A stretch of DNA of 61,966 bases, filler included, from Nemertoderma westbladi (Eukaryota; Animalia; Xenacoelomorpha), in the NCBI GenBank assembly GCA_032718475.1. It is 3 parts of 3 records of this genome, joined end to end, with 100 filler letters (N's around TTAATTAATTAA, not from the genome) between each part and the next. Parts side by side here need not be neighbours in the genome. Positions count along the whole stretch, not along the records: positions 1 to 25,601 come from JAUCBJ010003780.1; positions 25,702 to 43,614 come from JAUCBJ010001041.1; 1 more part is not named here. One strand, 5' to 3'. The notes below the pieces were generated by a model. That model was given only the letters and a program-made list of their open reading frames with translations. It was not told where the DNA came from and did not search any database. Positions within the stretch are counted from its first letter, which is position 1, and each line of letters begins with the position of its first letter. Position numbers and translations under genes: made by a program. Shown piece after piece: positions 24,622 to 38,500 of the stretch.

Positions 24622-25391
24622 TAGAAAGGCATTTCCTAAAGGAAATGCAACCACGAAGCTAAGGAAAATTAAACAAAGGGCCACAATTTGGTTTGATGCT
24701 TAGCCTAGTTTAGTAGCATTTGCCAATAAATAACTTATATTCCCATGGAAGCTAGAGTTCTCTGTAACTGTTGGTTTTACCTTTGAAAAAAGATTCAGTC
24801 CAGATTGTGGTTCAGATAACACATACCAAGTTTCAGAAAATATTGTGGTTTATGTCCTAATTACCGATTTTCTATCAAAATGCATCTGTTTGCAGTGGTT
24901 GTCATGGAAACTGAAAAAATAGAACAATGTAATTCGGATGCAGAATAAGTCATATAGTGGGGGTAGGTCTTGGTCCCAAGTCATAATACTATTAACTTGT
25001 GCTTCAAATTATCATTTTATAAATTTTAACATATGTTTAGTCTTGTTGCTATGGTAACTGGATTGTGTAATTAACCTCGAACGGCTTGTATATGGACCTT
25101 ATAGATGAGTTTCAAAACCCCAAATGTATATATATTACATTATTGTGCTACAAATAGTGTATTGAATTTAGACTTGAATGATATAGACTTTAATAAACTT
25201 CAGTCACCATGGTAACTAGATATTTCTGGAATGTTTTTGAGTTTCACTAAAAGTTCCAACTAGTGGTCCAGATAACACATACCCAGTTTCATAAAATTTT
25301 ATCATGAAGTCTATGTCCAAATGAGTAATTTTTTGCATAAAAACATCTGTTTTCGGCGGTTGTCATGGTAACTGCAAAATAAAACAATCAA
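24622..25391. mobile_element. Interspersed element flanked by 16-bp direct repeats, with internal duplication and X-box-like motifs
   Basis: TAGGACCCATGTTAAC at 24606-24621 and 25392-25407; 5' hairpin GCATTTCCT-AA-AGGAAATGC; ~24807-24930 resembles ~25263-25388. Confidence 0.6.
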
Positions 25392-25601
25392 TAGGACCCA
25401 TGTTAACAGTTGTTGTTCACATTGTTCGTGACTCGCCCCGCAACGTATTACAGTAGAGCAGTAGGCCTATATCACAATATCGGTAACCCAACTCCACCGT
25501 ACTGATCAACATTGTTCAGTTGTACAGCAGTAAGGGATAGATAGGCCTTACTGCACAGCAAGTGTGTAATTATGGCGCATTTTATAACGTCGAGGTTGGC
25601 A

Positions 25602-25701
25602 NNNNNNNNNNNNNNNNNNNNNNNNNNNNNNNNNNNNNNNNNNNNTTAATTAATTAANNNNNNNNNNNNNNNNNNNNNNNNNNNNNNNNNNNNNNNNNNN
25701 N
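25602..25701. other. Assembly gap (100 bp, N-run with TTAATTAATTAA all-frame stop linker)
   Basis: Ns visible; the same linker occurs at 43615-43714. Confidence 0.98.
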
Positions 25702-26535
25702 AAACTAAATAAGGTATAACTTGTAAAACACAATACAAAGAACTCGAACAGAACAAGTTAGGCAATGTTGCCTAATGGTACGTACTGGATGGGGCAACGC
25801 AAAACAAAGTAAAATACAATTATAAAGGAACACAAAAGAAATAATACCTCAGGGTAATTTAACAAGGCAATCAACATAGGTGGCGAATAATATTTATATA
25901 ACCAGAACAAATATATGTTTATTGAACACTGACTGGAAGGAAAAACGAAGTGTCTATTTTAATTGAATCTAAAATTATCGACATTATATATATTTAGTTA
26001 TTTATTTGGGTTGGCGACCAACAGATAACAGATAAAAGGGTGTATTAAATTTAACTATTATCAAAATATTCCTTAACATTTTAACTAAATTACCGATAAT
26101 TTATTAACAATATTGACAATATATATATAATAATATTATTGACAATATTATTTTAACATTGATGTAAACAACAGAAGATCGTTTGTATTTAATCTAACCA
26201 TAGCGAAAAGAAATACGGGTTTATTAATGTCACATCCGGCTCTGGTACCCTCTAGGTGATTAAAACAAAGTACTTAATAATAGCGAAGTGAACAATTAAA
26301 GTAGGACCCTTAAATTCATTGTGTATAAGTCTATCTTTAGGCGTACCTACTATTTACTATTTTTACTAACACCAGATAAACGGGCACATGAAGGGCAGAT
26401 CAAAAAACAGACTAGACATTAGAATTCAGGAGTGGTTTTTATCAGGTATGGCTGTATGGTTTATAATGTACCGGTACAGGTTTTAACATACAGGCCTGAT
26501 CAGATTATGAACCCCAATATGCGCAACGTGCTAAC

Positions 26536-27420
26536 TCACGCACTGTCACCCAAATCACGAGGAACGGATACTGAATGACGTATGTCAGGAATGACCGGAA
26601 CCGTCGGAACAATAGTGGAGGTAGTAACAGTTCCGTTGCGGTGACGTAGATAGATAAAGGGATAGTGCTTGTAGTCGATAACAAGCCGTGTCATTGACCG
26701 TATATCCGCTGTGAACGTCTTCTTCATACGGAGGAGATCCCTCCGTATAGGTTGTAGTTCAGCGGGTATATCTTGAGAAATCGTCAAACCCTTCTCGCTG
26801 AACTGTTTCCATTTAGATAGCCAACTAGAGGTATCTTCTAGTTGGACAAATTTCAGAATGATAGGGGCTTTGGGTTTTTGGGAAAGGCGATGACAGGCGG
26901 CAAGATGAGGGTTGGGGAGGCCAATACTGACCGCAATATCAGTAACGATTTTCCTCGTTTCAACATTTGTTTCCTTACCGGATAGAGAAATGGTTTGCGC
27001 TTCATACAGAATAATATTCCAACGGCGACTATATACACGATCACTCAGATGCATCCTATCTGAGGATGTTATTCGCTCAGAGAGGTTGTTAATCTTACCT
27101 TCCAGGATGGAAGAAAGCTCACTTACGTTTTCTTTCAGATCCGTAACCGAATCACGAATGGTGTACAATTCGTGGAAGACTGAGTCGAATTTACCTTCCA
27201 TGTCGTCCCTGAGGCTATTCATAGCGGAGAGAATTTTTCCTAAATCAGTGTCATAATCGGGAAACACGTCGGAGTCAGCATCCCCCGCATCTACGGTAGT
27301 AATGGGGGAATACCGGGAACCGGAACGAAGCGAGCTGTCATCGTTCAGGTGATGGGAGTGCGATTTATTTCGATGTCCACCTCCAGAATGTTTATTGGGA
27401 TTCTTAGAGGCCATATTCAA
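26536..27420 (-). mobile_element. Non-LTR retrotransposon ORF1p-like protein (coiled coil plus RRM-like domain), 294 aa
   Basis: Heptad-rich region followed by SRRWNIILYE...CHRL...PIILKF...ISQDIP, the motif order of LINE ORF1 proteins. No ORF2 before the gap. Confidence 0.75.
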
Positions 27421-27527
27421 CTGAGATACTTAAAATAGAGGGTATTTATTACAGAATTACTGTGTTCCAGTAGGCAGCATGCCCGGTACCGGTACCATCA
27501 GTACAACATCATAGAGCAGTAGTGTAC

Positions 27528-30347
27528 TCAAACAATAATGTAGTGGAACTCAAATCCATTCTCCTCCGCCCACTCTCTTACTTCTACTTCCCCATCTGGC
27601 TTATCTACCGTTTCTGGTCTCTCTTCTGCGTCCTCTGCGTCTACAGTGCCTGGTAACATGCACCCTGATGTCTCCATCACTCTGGATGGAATCTTGGTTT
27701 TAACTGGGCCGCTAAGCGTCCATCCGAACGGCATGAGGATCGCCGTCGGATCCCGCTGTCTGTCTTCGCCGAAGACCGTCTTAATTCTCTCGTGGGCCGT
27801 CGGGCAGTCCATTCCGACTATAATGGATACCTTCCTAACGTCCACCTCTGGTATTGAAAAATCGATACCGTCCAGGAATGTATATTGTTCGACTTCGATG
27901 TTGGTTGGTCGCCTGGCGTTGATATTTATCGATTCTATCACGTGGATGGGGTCGATGGTCGCCCCATAGTCGCATCCCGGTGCAATCGCTGATATCCTGC
28001 ACCGTCCCGTCCTCATCTCCAGGACCTCATCTTTACTTGAGACGGTAGTTACCGCCATTCTATTCGGCCTCGTCTTTAGCCCTATCTCTTCGGCCACCCA
28101 GTTCTCCACCAGCGTGAAGGCTGCTCCACTGTCGACCAGCATTAATGTCGTTACTGATCGACCGCCCTCTCCTGATATCTTCACTGGTACTACCCCGAGT
28201 AGTACTTTTCTCTTCTTTCTTGCCACTGTCGTGCTTGTAGCCATTGTTTGGCCTCCAGTCTCGGACTCTCTAACTGCTGTTTCTCTACACTCTCCGGATC
28301 TGTGTCCTTCTACCACACATCGATGACATAGTCCGTTTGCGTCTGTGTAGGCTATACGATCTTGTTTGGGCAACGCTTGCCAGTGCTTACAACTCATGGT
28401 CTTATGGGTTCCGTCCCGATGTAATTGACATTCGAATCCTGGATTATAGCGTTCCCTGTATAGTCCTTCACGTATCGCGCGTAGGTTTATATCTACCGAT
28501 TTAGTGTTTTGGTTATCTAGACTCGGCCTACTGGGTATGTTGGGATTGTGTTTATTTGTGGTGTTATTTTCTTTCTGTCCCTGCCACGGTGTGGCCCTAC
28601 TACCAGCTAACTGTGGACTAGCAGTCCCCTGTGTGGCCGCATGTGGTAGTGACTGTCTTACTCTCGAGAATGGGTCTGCAGGATTGTGTTCGGGTTTAGG
28701 CCTGTTGTATTCGATCTTTGGCGCCTTCCCCAAACTATCCTCACTATAGACTGGGTCTGTGATCAACTCGGCTTCGTAGTTTAGGAAGCTCGACATTTCT
28801 TCTAGGCCCGGTTCTGCACCTTTCTTCTCTCGAGTGGAGAAGGCGATCTTCCTCCACTTGCTCCGCAGCCAGATCGGCAGTGCCTGCGCTATCGTGGTGA
28901 TGTTATTAGATGCGTTGAGTTCGTATGGCGCGTCTAGCGTCTTTAACACGATTAACGCCTTCTCGACCTTGTTCGCAAAGGTCTTTATGCTAACGGGGTT
29001 GTCCTGTAGGCCACCCGATGTTATACCTCTCAGGGTTTGCCGGATGATCTTGGCTGGGTGTCCGTATTCCCTGTCTAGCGCCCGCCATGCTGTCGTGAAG
29101 CCACCCTCGATGCCCTGGTACTGCCTCACGATGTCGTATGCTGGGCCTCCTGTATACACCTGTAGATATTTTAGGCACTCCGCCTGCGTCAAGTTCTTAC
29201 TTAATATCTCGTTGCTGTACATGCGCCGAAATTGCAGGTATTCTTCCGGCCTACTTCCGTCGAATTTAAATGGCTGGACTGGTGGTAACTCGATCCTGGT
29301 CTTTAATGCATCGATTAGTGTCGCCATTCCCATTGCCTGTGCTTCTAATGGGTTCGAGGGATGCTGTACAGACTCTTCTGTTGGGTGCGGTCCGTTCGTC
29401 CTATCTGTTGTTTCTCTATGTTGCGTCGGATATATCATTGGGGGTAGCGGCCCCCTCCATATTTCCGTGTCGCACGACCTGTTCTCGTCCAGGGGGTTCG
29501 ATGTTCTCATTGCTGTTCGAGTATATTGTTGATATTGTAATGGGGGAATGTCACCCTGCCCCCCCCCCCCCCCCCCCCCCACCGGTATGTTTGGTACTGG
29601 GGTTGATGTTAATATATTGGGGCCCATACATCTATCTGCAATAACTCTCCCCTCCCCTGGATATATGTTATGTCCCTGTGTATTATAGTCATGCTGCTGT
29701 ACCTGTACCGATATAGGCCTATCTACTTCTCGCCTACCTACCGGTATGTACTCCGCGACTTCCGGGTTTAATCCCGTCGTTCGCGCTACCCTATCGCCTA
29801 CACTATCTCTCCCAGCATGGCCTATAATAGTATGTGCAGTAAGGCCTACAGTATGTCCTGCAGTCTGCATGTGCCCTTCCGAACCGAAGTTTAATCTTCT
29901 CGAATCTCGAATCTCCCCGCGACTACCGTACTCTCGATCGGCAGCTATATCCCGTCGGGAAGTTTCTCTTCGATCCCCTCTCCTATTCTCGTCTTCGTAT
30001 CGGTACATCCTGTACCCCTCTCCTGGCGTGCGGTGCGTCTCTCCGGGGCGACGGCAATCTCCCGAAGTTCGACCCCACTGACTCCCTAACTCCATCTCTA
30101 CTATCGACGGCTCGCTATCCGTCCTCGCTCTCCGGTTGCTCCTAGCAACGACTCTTCTATTATCTTCACTTCTTCTCTCTTCGACCTCCCGATTAAACTC
30201 TACTAATCTTCTTCTTTCTTTGACCTCTCGGTTAAACTTTACTAATCTTCTTCTATCTTCTGACTGACATCTTCTCGCTCGCCCACTCTCGGCGCTAACA
30301 TCTGACTCTACTCTGTCTGGCTGGACCCTCCTGGGGATACTCGCCAT
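27528..30347 (-). mobile_element. BEL/Pao gag-protease ORF (939 aa), truncated before RT
   Basis: DUF1759-like gag (FKFDGSRPEEYLQF...LKYLQVYTGGPAYDIV), Cys/His knuckles CQLH...H...C and CHRC...H...C, aspartic protease LVDSGA, and a Pao-type PFGWTLSGP. Confidence 0.9.
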
Positions 30348-32710
30348 CCCCCTACTATTCTCCGTCGTCGGGTGCCGCGGTTCACCTAACTTGCTCCGCG
30401 CATTATCCGCCGACGCCTGTGGGACACTCTCTGCCCCCCCCTCTCGCTACTAATCTCTTGTGGTGGGGCGCCCGTAGCCCCCCCCCCCCCCCACCCGCTA
30501 CTTCTAACTTCACTATCTCTTACTACACTTCTACGTCCCTCTTGTCGGACATTTTCTACCCCCCCTCTCTCGCCACTAATCTTCCGTGGTGGGGCGCCCG
30601 TAGCCCCCCCCCCCCCCCACTCGCCACATCTAACTTCACTATCTCTTACTTCACTTCTACACCCCTCTCTAGTCGACGCACTGTCTCTACTACGGCTGGG
30701 TCTATTCACCCCCGCCTCTCTCTCTACTACTACGTGGCCTACCAGGCCCACCTCGGGTTGACTCTACTTCCTACTTCCTTTCTACGGGCTACTTCCTGCC
30801 TACTAACTACGTGGCCTACCAGGCCCTCATTGGGGTTTCTCACCCCCGCCACCTCCTGCCTACTAACTACGTGGCCTACCAGGCCCTCATTGGGGTTTCT
30901 CACCCCCGCCACCTCCTGCCTACTAACTATGTGGCTTACCAGGCTCTCATTTGCCGGGCCACCTGCGTTTGCCGCGTTTATATTAATAGCACCATTATCA
31001 ACATCACTTTCCAAATTAATTAAATTATTAGAATTATTCGAATTTGAAACGGGATTATTATTTAAATTATTTTGTGTATTTAAATTTAAATTATTTGAAT
31101 TATTTTGCGTAATTATATTATTTGAATTATTTTGCATACTCGGGCTTAGATTATTATTTAAATTATTTGGATTATTTTGTAAATTCGAATCTACATTATT
31201 TGAATTATTTCCTACATTTATATTAAAATCGTTCAGGTTTAAATTACTACTATCGGGCAAAATATTATTTGCTGCAATGAAAGTTTGATTAGAATTATCC
31301 ACTACGGTACTATTAATATTAACGTTATCTACTGTATTGTTATTATTACCCCCCCCCCCCCCCCCCCCCAGCCCGTACGGTCACACCAGTCTTGGGTCTG
31401 TCGTCCGGTCCCTGTAGGTGGGGTATTAATAAATATTTCCCTAACTTCTGGCTCCTCGTAAATACTACCCGAGCCAGCCTCGCTCTCTGACAGCCCCATC
31501 TGCGCCAGTTCCAGTCGGCGCTTATGCTTCGTCTGGTACTGCATAAGCCCCCTTAGCCGGGCATGCATACCATCCCGCACACGTTTTCTCTCACTCTCTC
31601 TCTCTCTATCCTCTCGTGAACTCTGATCGCCTAACTCTGCCTCTCTCGCAATCCTCCCAAGCCGTCTCGCCCCACGCTCTTTTCGCTCACTCTCTTCTCT
31701 CGCCTCCCTCGCCGCCTCGCGCTCTTCTCGCTCCTTTCTTTCCCTCGTTTCTATCTCCTCATACTCCCTAAAGTTTCTCGCGACCCTCTCGGCCCTCTCT
31801 TTGTTCTCTCTAACCAGTTCTTTCTCCTTCTCTATTAACGCACTCTCTTCCTCTAACTGTCTCTCTAATTCTCTCTGGTCTAGCGAGGCCAGATCGAGTT
31901 GGCACGCCAGATCGATTTCTAGCACCCGTCTTACTTTTGCGGAGGATGTAGCAGACTTGTCGGTTGCGACGGACTCCCTCCGCCTTCCCGTCTACTAACT
32001 TTCCCCCGCCTTCCGGAATTTTCTCCGACCGACGAGACCGAATCCTCGGGGTTAACCTCGGATTCGCCCTCCTGCGGTCCCCTCCAACCCACTAATTTTA
32101 TTCCCCGGGCATCGACTAAGTATGGCCCTATGTACACTACACCAGACTCCATACCCCTGCATTCCCACAGTTCAAACAGTTCGGTGGCAACCTCTCTCGC
32201 TCTCTCACCGGCTAGTTCTCACTGCCCAAAGCGTACTAAGTAATCAAAATGTTTATTCGACTCACCTAGCCGCTTCTCTAGCTTCACCTGGTTTATCTTG
32301 GCCCCTCCTTTGGCTTCCCTCAGCTGCTTTCGGGTCGCGTTGTAGGCTCGTCGGAGCCGGTCGCTGACCCCGACGTCCTCGTCGCCGACATCCCCTCCAT
32401 CTCTCCGTGTTCGGCGTCGTACCGGCGGCCCCACCGTCGCCGTTCCGGTGGGCCATCCGTCGCCATCGGCCTGTGGCTGGCCGGCGACATCGGTATGTCG
32501 ACCGCCGTCGTGCGTCGACTCGTCTCTCCTCTCTCTCGGCTCGTCCTCTCGTCCTCGTTGTGGTAGACGGCCGCCCTCCACCTGGGCCACCGGATCGCTT
32601 ATCGTCGACGACCCCGGCGTCGTGAGTTGATACCGTCTCGTCGCGGCCTTGCGGATCGTTGGGTTGTCGTCCGGGGTCCGCGGCGGTGTCGTCTCTCCTT
32701 CTCGACTCAT
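30348..32710 (-). pseudogene. Disrupted N-terminal part of the same BEL/Pao gag
   Basis: Collinear ORF pieces 32219-32710, 31931-32152 (one in-frame TGA between them; PEDSVS motif), 31329-31925 (E/R coiled coil), 30739-31302 (Asn-rich) and 30386-30751, separated by frameshifts. Confidence 0.7.
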
Positions 32711-32812
32711 CTTTGGTCTTTATTACTTATCGGTGGCTGGCAGTCACAGTCTCGGGTGGTTGGTGTTTGGTTACTGTGGCTGGCAGTCACAGTCTCGGGC
32801 AGCTTGGAATTT

Positions 32813-33368
32813 TGTTACTGTGACGGGATCTGAAAATCCCAATTTATCCTGGTTGTTTTGTTTACGCGTCCCCGCCATGTGTAAAAGAGTTCGCTGTTGT
32901 TCACATATATGTATATGATATAATAGATGTACTGAGATAATGAGATAACTGAATGTTGATGGTTTGTATTGCACAGATACTGACAACCGGTAATGGTGGC
33001 GGTGACGGTAACAAAAGTCACCGTTCTGCCCTAACTGTACTGAGATAACTGAATCAATTAATAACACCAACCGGTAATATACTGCTCTGGTTTGGCCATA
33101 TTACTCAGCGGATGCCTGCCCCCCATTGGCTGATAACCTAATTCTCGCCCTCCCATCTCTCTGGGAGTGTTTTCCCCTTTCTACTGTCATTCTCTCTCTC
33201 TCGGAGGTATAACCTCTGACCCCCATTGTGTGTTCCTTTGGAGTTTGTCGTCCCCGCTTATTGGGGTGATACGAGGTTGATTGGCAATCAACCTCGTACT
33301 CCCAATATTACTTAAGGGTCTCGCTGGCCCAACTTTGTGGGGTGGTTAGCGGAATTGATTCGCTAACA
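32813..33368 (-). mobile_element. Candidate 5' LTR of the BEL/Pao element
   Basis: TGTTA...TAACA termini on the minus strand just upstream of gag. No second LTR and no convincing PBS; an alternative end is at 32878. Confidence 0.35.
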
Positions 33369-35560
33369 GTAGGCCTGTACTATTCACTATTCTACTGTAT
33401 AACGTTCTACTGTAATGGTATTTATGGTAGTAGTCTACTGTAAGCTAGGCTACTACTGTATATTCAATCCACCGCTATAAATGACAAGACAAAAATGTCA
33501 TTATAACTACTGTAACCAGAGAGATTACCAAAATGTATGCCCGCAAACAGGAACGACCTATTTGTTACTGACAGGGACGTAAACAAAACAATTAGGCCTA
33601 CTACCGGACCGGAACTAACACTGTACTGCCACAGTGAAAAGGGCCTATTGTCCCACTACTTTACATTACCACATTACTCTACTGCATATGAATAGGAAAT
33701 GAAACGAAAAGCCTGAAATCACTACATAAAGAATGAAAAAAAAATTTCGAAAAAAATGGAAAAAAAATACGTATTTTTGAAAAAAATTAAAATAATACTT
33801 GCTTTCGAAAAAAAAAATGAAAAAAATACTTACTTTCGAAAAAAATGAAAAAAATACTTACTTTCGAAAAAAATGAAAAAAATACTCGATAAAGTAGTAA
33901 ATGGCCGGAAATCACCACCGTAGTTATCGGGTTATTTTATTGTACAATAAAAATTTTTGAAATTTTTTAGATATTAGCTCAAAAATTACAATTTTGGTTT
34001 TAAAAGGGTTTTCGAGGTCGCTGATCACGATAAAACTTGTTTAAAATATTTTCTGGCAATGAAACAATCATTTGCGGTGCTATTTTGGTCCCCCAGGGAA
34101 AAATACAAGTAAAAAACATACATTAAAAAAACAAGTACTGTATAAATATATCTGGTAATGCAAACCCAATTTTAGTGCCATTCTCTGGTGCCCCAGAACG
34201 AAAAGTACAAGTATAAAAAATTAAAAACTGTAAAATTTTTCCCTTGGTTTGGTAATTCTGAAGCTATATTTGGTTTTAAGGGTCGCTGCCCGCTGATCAC
34301 GATAAAAATCATTCCTGGTAACGCAACTACATGCAACTATCGTTTTTGATGCTTGTCTGGTGGGATGAAAATTTACAAGCAGCATAAAATTTCAAATGGC
34401 AAAAATCTAATTTGGTTAGATACTAGGATATTTTGAGTGTCATATTCGTGATCAGCGTCCAAGAAAACCCATAATGTCTTAAAATCAGGTTGGTTTGGTA
34501 ATGATTTTTCATTATCAAATTTGTGCTACAGTACTTGTATTTTTCGTGCCGCGCATTGACGCATATCCAAAAATCCCAAATCAACAAGGTACGATATTTT
34601 TATATTTCAGTGTTAAATTCGTGATCAACGTCACAAAACCCTTATTGTCATAAAATCAAATTGATTTTGTGGTGATTTTTCATTATCATATTTGCATACT
34701 ACTGTCCTTGTTTTTTTAGTGCCCCAGGGGGTACTTTCAAAATTACCAAATATGTTCTCAATTGTTATACTTGAGTTCTATAATCGTGATTAGCATCCAA
34801 AAAACTGCTATATATCGCAAATAAGTTAATTTTTGTGAGCCATACAGTGTAGGCCAAAAACAAACGGCTTTAGCACGAAAAATAACATTACAATTACGAG
34901 CAATAATAACAAAACAATTATTTCTCCACCTCATATTCAGATTAATATACTGTACTGTATGTATATTTATACATAAGCAAAATGTTCTACAATATGATTT
35001 ATTTTTTAAATAATAATATAATATATGGCCTACATACAGTCCCTGACATAGAATGAGATAGGGACTGTACATTCAGTTTGTCTTATATATTCGGAATCCT
35101 TGTATGGCCAGCTATCCATCACTACAATCCATCACCGGAGACACTTTTCCAAAAGCTTGTAGCTAAAGATTGAAAGCATTAATAAAAATTCTGGCTCAAC
35201 TACGGTATGGTGGATGATATTGCGATGTTGGTGAAAATCTCTCTGTTTCAAAATCCATGCAATCTCATGAAGGTTCCAAATATGGAGAGGTGGGTGGGGT
35301 GGGGGGGGGGGGGGGGGTGTTCCAGATACCTGAATAAAGACACAATATTCCAGGATATGGTATACACCAGTAATATAAAGTGTCACCAATCATACATTAT
35401 ATTTGTATTTAAAAAAAAAAAATTTGCCCAAAGCAATATCAAGTGACTCCGTAACATTTTTTCTATGACTCCGTAATATTTTTTTCTATGACTCCGTAAA
35501 ATAATTTATAAATTTAAATAATTTATTAATATAAATAATTTTAAAAATGTGATATATATA

Positions 35561-36850
35561 CTACTACTATACGATCGGTATGCTACATTGCAGCTGCATT
35601 ATATATATATTACACAAATATTAGGAATGCTGTGCCGGCTTGTCGACAAAATTGCGCCGCCACAACTCCCTATCACCCATGACATTTGCTAGATCATCCG
35701 CATCTTCAAGGCCAGTGTCCTTTAAGATGCGTCTCAAGAAAGACATGGGCTGTCCACCATACTTATTCGTTCCATGGGGGCGCCAATGAAGCACAATATT
35801 ATGCACTGGCTGGTCCTCACGGCGACAGCGATGTCCTGCAGAGCGGAGGCGGTTCCGTTCAAATGTCAAGCTAGGGGAGATTAATGGAACACCTCCAATG
35901 TTGTATAGAGTCTGATTGGAGATGCGTTAATTGTACTGACACAATGAACCCGGCGCAGCATTCTTGTGAATATGCCATTCAGAGATTTGGTATCCTCTGC
36001 AGTTAGAGCCCAGCATGGACTCCCATATAAGAGTAGGCCTACTGGTACTACTGCTGCCATAAATAATCGAACCTTAAGGTTCCGTTTTATTGTATCCAAA
36101 TCCAAATCATGGGCAGGCTATTAACGCTGCCCATGCCTCCCCCTTACGTATCCGAAGGTTTTCCCCCGACTTTCTGATCCATGATCCCAAGTAGAAAAGG
36201 TCATCCACGTGTTCAAGAAAGGTGCTCAATCAAGCCGTCCTTAGAGCTTATACCATTACGATCGTACATTTCTTGAGGCCTGTCAAGGTTGACTGTCATG
36301 ATTTTGGTCTTCTTGGAATTTACAAAACGACCAACGTGCAGTAGAACATAATCAAAAATCAGATAATAGTCAGATATCTGTCTTTCTTTTTTGATAACTC
36401 TTCGAGTATCCTTCTAAGTGACAGAATACAGTAGGCTGCATGTTCCCAGGACCTTTACGGAACCCATTCTGGTTCCCAAGTAACAGTCTCTCAACAGGAT
36501 CACTGATGCGATTGTTATGTTGACCTTCTTTGGGACTGGGACCAACTTACTTGTTTTCAGTTCTTGAGGGACTCTCTTTGTCCTATACATGTCCACAATA
36601 ACGGGGTAAATGAGCTCCTAACATTTTAAAGACCTCAGATGGCACACCATCTACTCATGGCAGGATTGGATTTGATGCACCTACTGTAGCTGTAGTCTTG
36701 ATTTCAGCAAAGGAGATGTCACCAATGGGGATATCTGTGGGCACAGTCTCAGATACATGATGTACCTCAAAGTTATCAGGCAATACCCTTTCATTGTTTA
36801 GAAGCTTCTCAATTAATGGCATCAATCTGTTTATTGATAAGCTCCTTCAG
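35561..36850 (-). mobile_element. Degenerate, internally deleted RTE-like LINE copy (family of 56832-58103)
   Basis: NFVDKPAQHS* end, LLYGSPCWALTAEDTKSL, upstream LVPVPKK and a (TAG)n tail at ~35561; multiple frameshifts. Confidence 0.85.
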
Positions 36851-37014
36851 AATATCAGAGTACAGTAATTATATCTACTTCGCATTAGTTATAACATACA
36901 GTATGCATGGCATAAACATTTAAAGATAATTTATCAAAATAAAATTGCGGGGTTATTTTTTTATCCATTTCAATGTGAGCCCCTAAAAAAATGGTAGAAA
37001 CCAAACAAATATAA

Positions 37015-38500
37015 TTAGGAACCGAGAGGTTCATTACTGTAAGAATTGTTAGCTGACTGGCTGGCTGACTGGCTAATCTACAGCCAAAACTACTCTAACG
37101 ATTTTGATGAAATTTTCACAGCATCTAGATACCGCGATTCTAAGGTCCCTGGCATGATCGGCTACTCCGTCCATAGCCTCTGGGCTCGAAAAATAGAGAT
37201 AAACGAAAAAACGCCATAGGCGCAATGGTAAAATAACACCCATGACAGCTGGTGTCCTGATGAAAAATGGCTTATGTAATGCATTTCTACACAAGGCTTA
37301 GTAATAAATCGATGAGGTTGCCAAGATTATTGTACTTAGTACACCCATACTGTTTGTTTAGGCCCTGCACTCTCTGTCAAAGCAAATATTAACTGGTTGG
37401 TTTAGTTTGAAATCTAATATCGCCTCAGCTGAATTACTCTTCCCAATGCAATCTATGGAAATATCTCACTCTGCTAGTAAGCTGAATGACTGTTACGTAC
37501 ACAGTGAGTTGGCTACATTAATGCCAACATTATTGCAAAATGTTTTATTGTTGGATTACTCTCTGTCAGTCACCCCTTCAGAACATTGTATAGGGAATTT
37601 ACTTTAGTTTACTCTACTGTGCCATTCAGCTGAATGGATTTGAGCGATTGCCAAGTTACAGAGTTGGATCATTCTCTGACCATAGGCAAAGACATCAAAT
37701 CTTTTTAAAAATATACTTTTTCCATGTTTTTTTTTCTGACCAAAAATTTCAAAAAAAATTTTTTCGTAGCCAGTACTGCCAATCGATTCGCCATCAAAAA
37801 TAACGCAAAAAATTTTTTTTGCGAAATTTTAAATTACTGTAAATTTTTGGCGACTGGGGGGGGGTCAATTTTTTCGATCCGCTATAACTCCGGAACGCTT
37901 TGTCCAAATTCGATGGGGTTTTCATTTTTCAACTTAATTCGATGTCCTCTTTCAGCCTATCCATGTTTCCAAACCCCAAACAGCGCCGTTCAAAAATTAA
38001 TTTTTTCCAGTTCTAGAATTTTACAAATTTCAAAAAAGTTGCAGTATTTTATTAACGCCTTTACGGAATTCTATAGCGTTTTCGATTTTTATATTAAACG
38101 CAATATCCTGAATCTCACTAGCCTAGTTTCGCGTCACCAACGCCAAGACTTCATACTTTTTGAGGAAAATTTTTCTAGAATAATTTTTATTTAATTACAT
38201 TTATCGCGATTTCTTATTACTGGTTGCACATGAATTAATGGAGTTTTCAATTTATTAACTAAACACGATATCGCGCATCGCACCAGCGTGGTTTCGAAAT
38301 TCCAAAACGAGGTCTTCACTAGTTGCAGGTCGATTTTGTTCTAGAATTGAGTAACTAATAATAGATCGAATTTATTAATAATTATTGTATGAAATATGAT
38401 TGTATTTTTACATAATTATTAGTTCTATACGAATTCTCGTTGTCTCTTTTATTTGAAATAAAAAGTCGGTTCCTTATCGGGCCGCTAGGCCCGTCACTAG
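37015..38500 (+). mobile_element. Helentron-associated non-autonomous element (HINE/DINE-like), copy 1
   Basis: 5' subTIR AGGAACCGA with a short inverted repeat, (CTGR)n microsatellite, 3' subTIR TCGGTTCCT, stem-loop CGGGCC-GCTA-GGCCCG and CTAG end. Confidence 0.8.

Noticed and set aside
25646-25657. TTAATTAATTAA palindrome inside the N-runs (also in 43615-43714)
   Set aside because: Artificial all-frame stop linker from scaffolding; adjacency across the gaps is not guaranteed.
33730-34830. A-rich short repeats and inverted GATCACGA/TCGTGATC motifs
   Set aside because: Probably an old transposon, but termini and TSD could not be defined.
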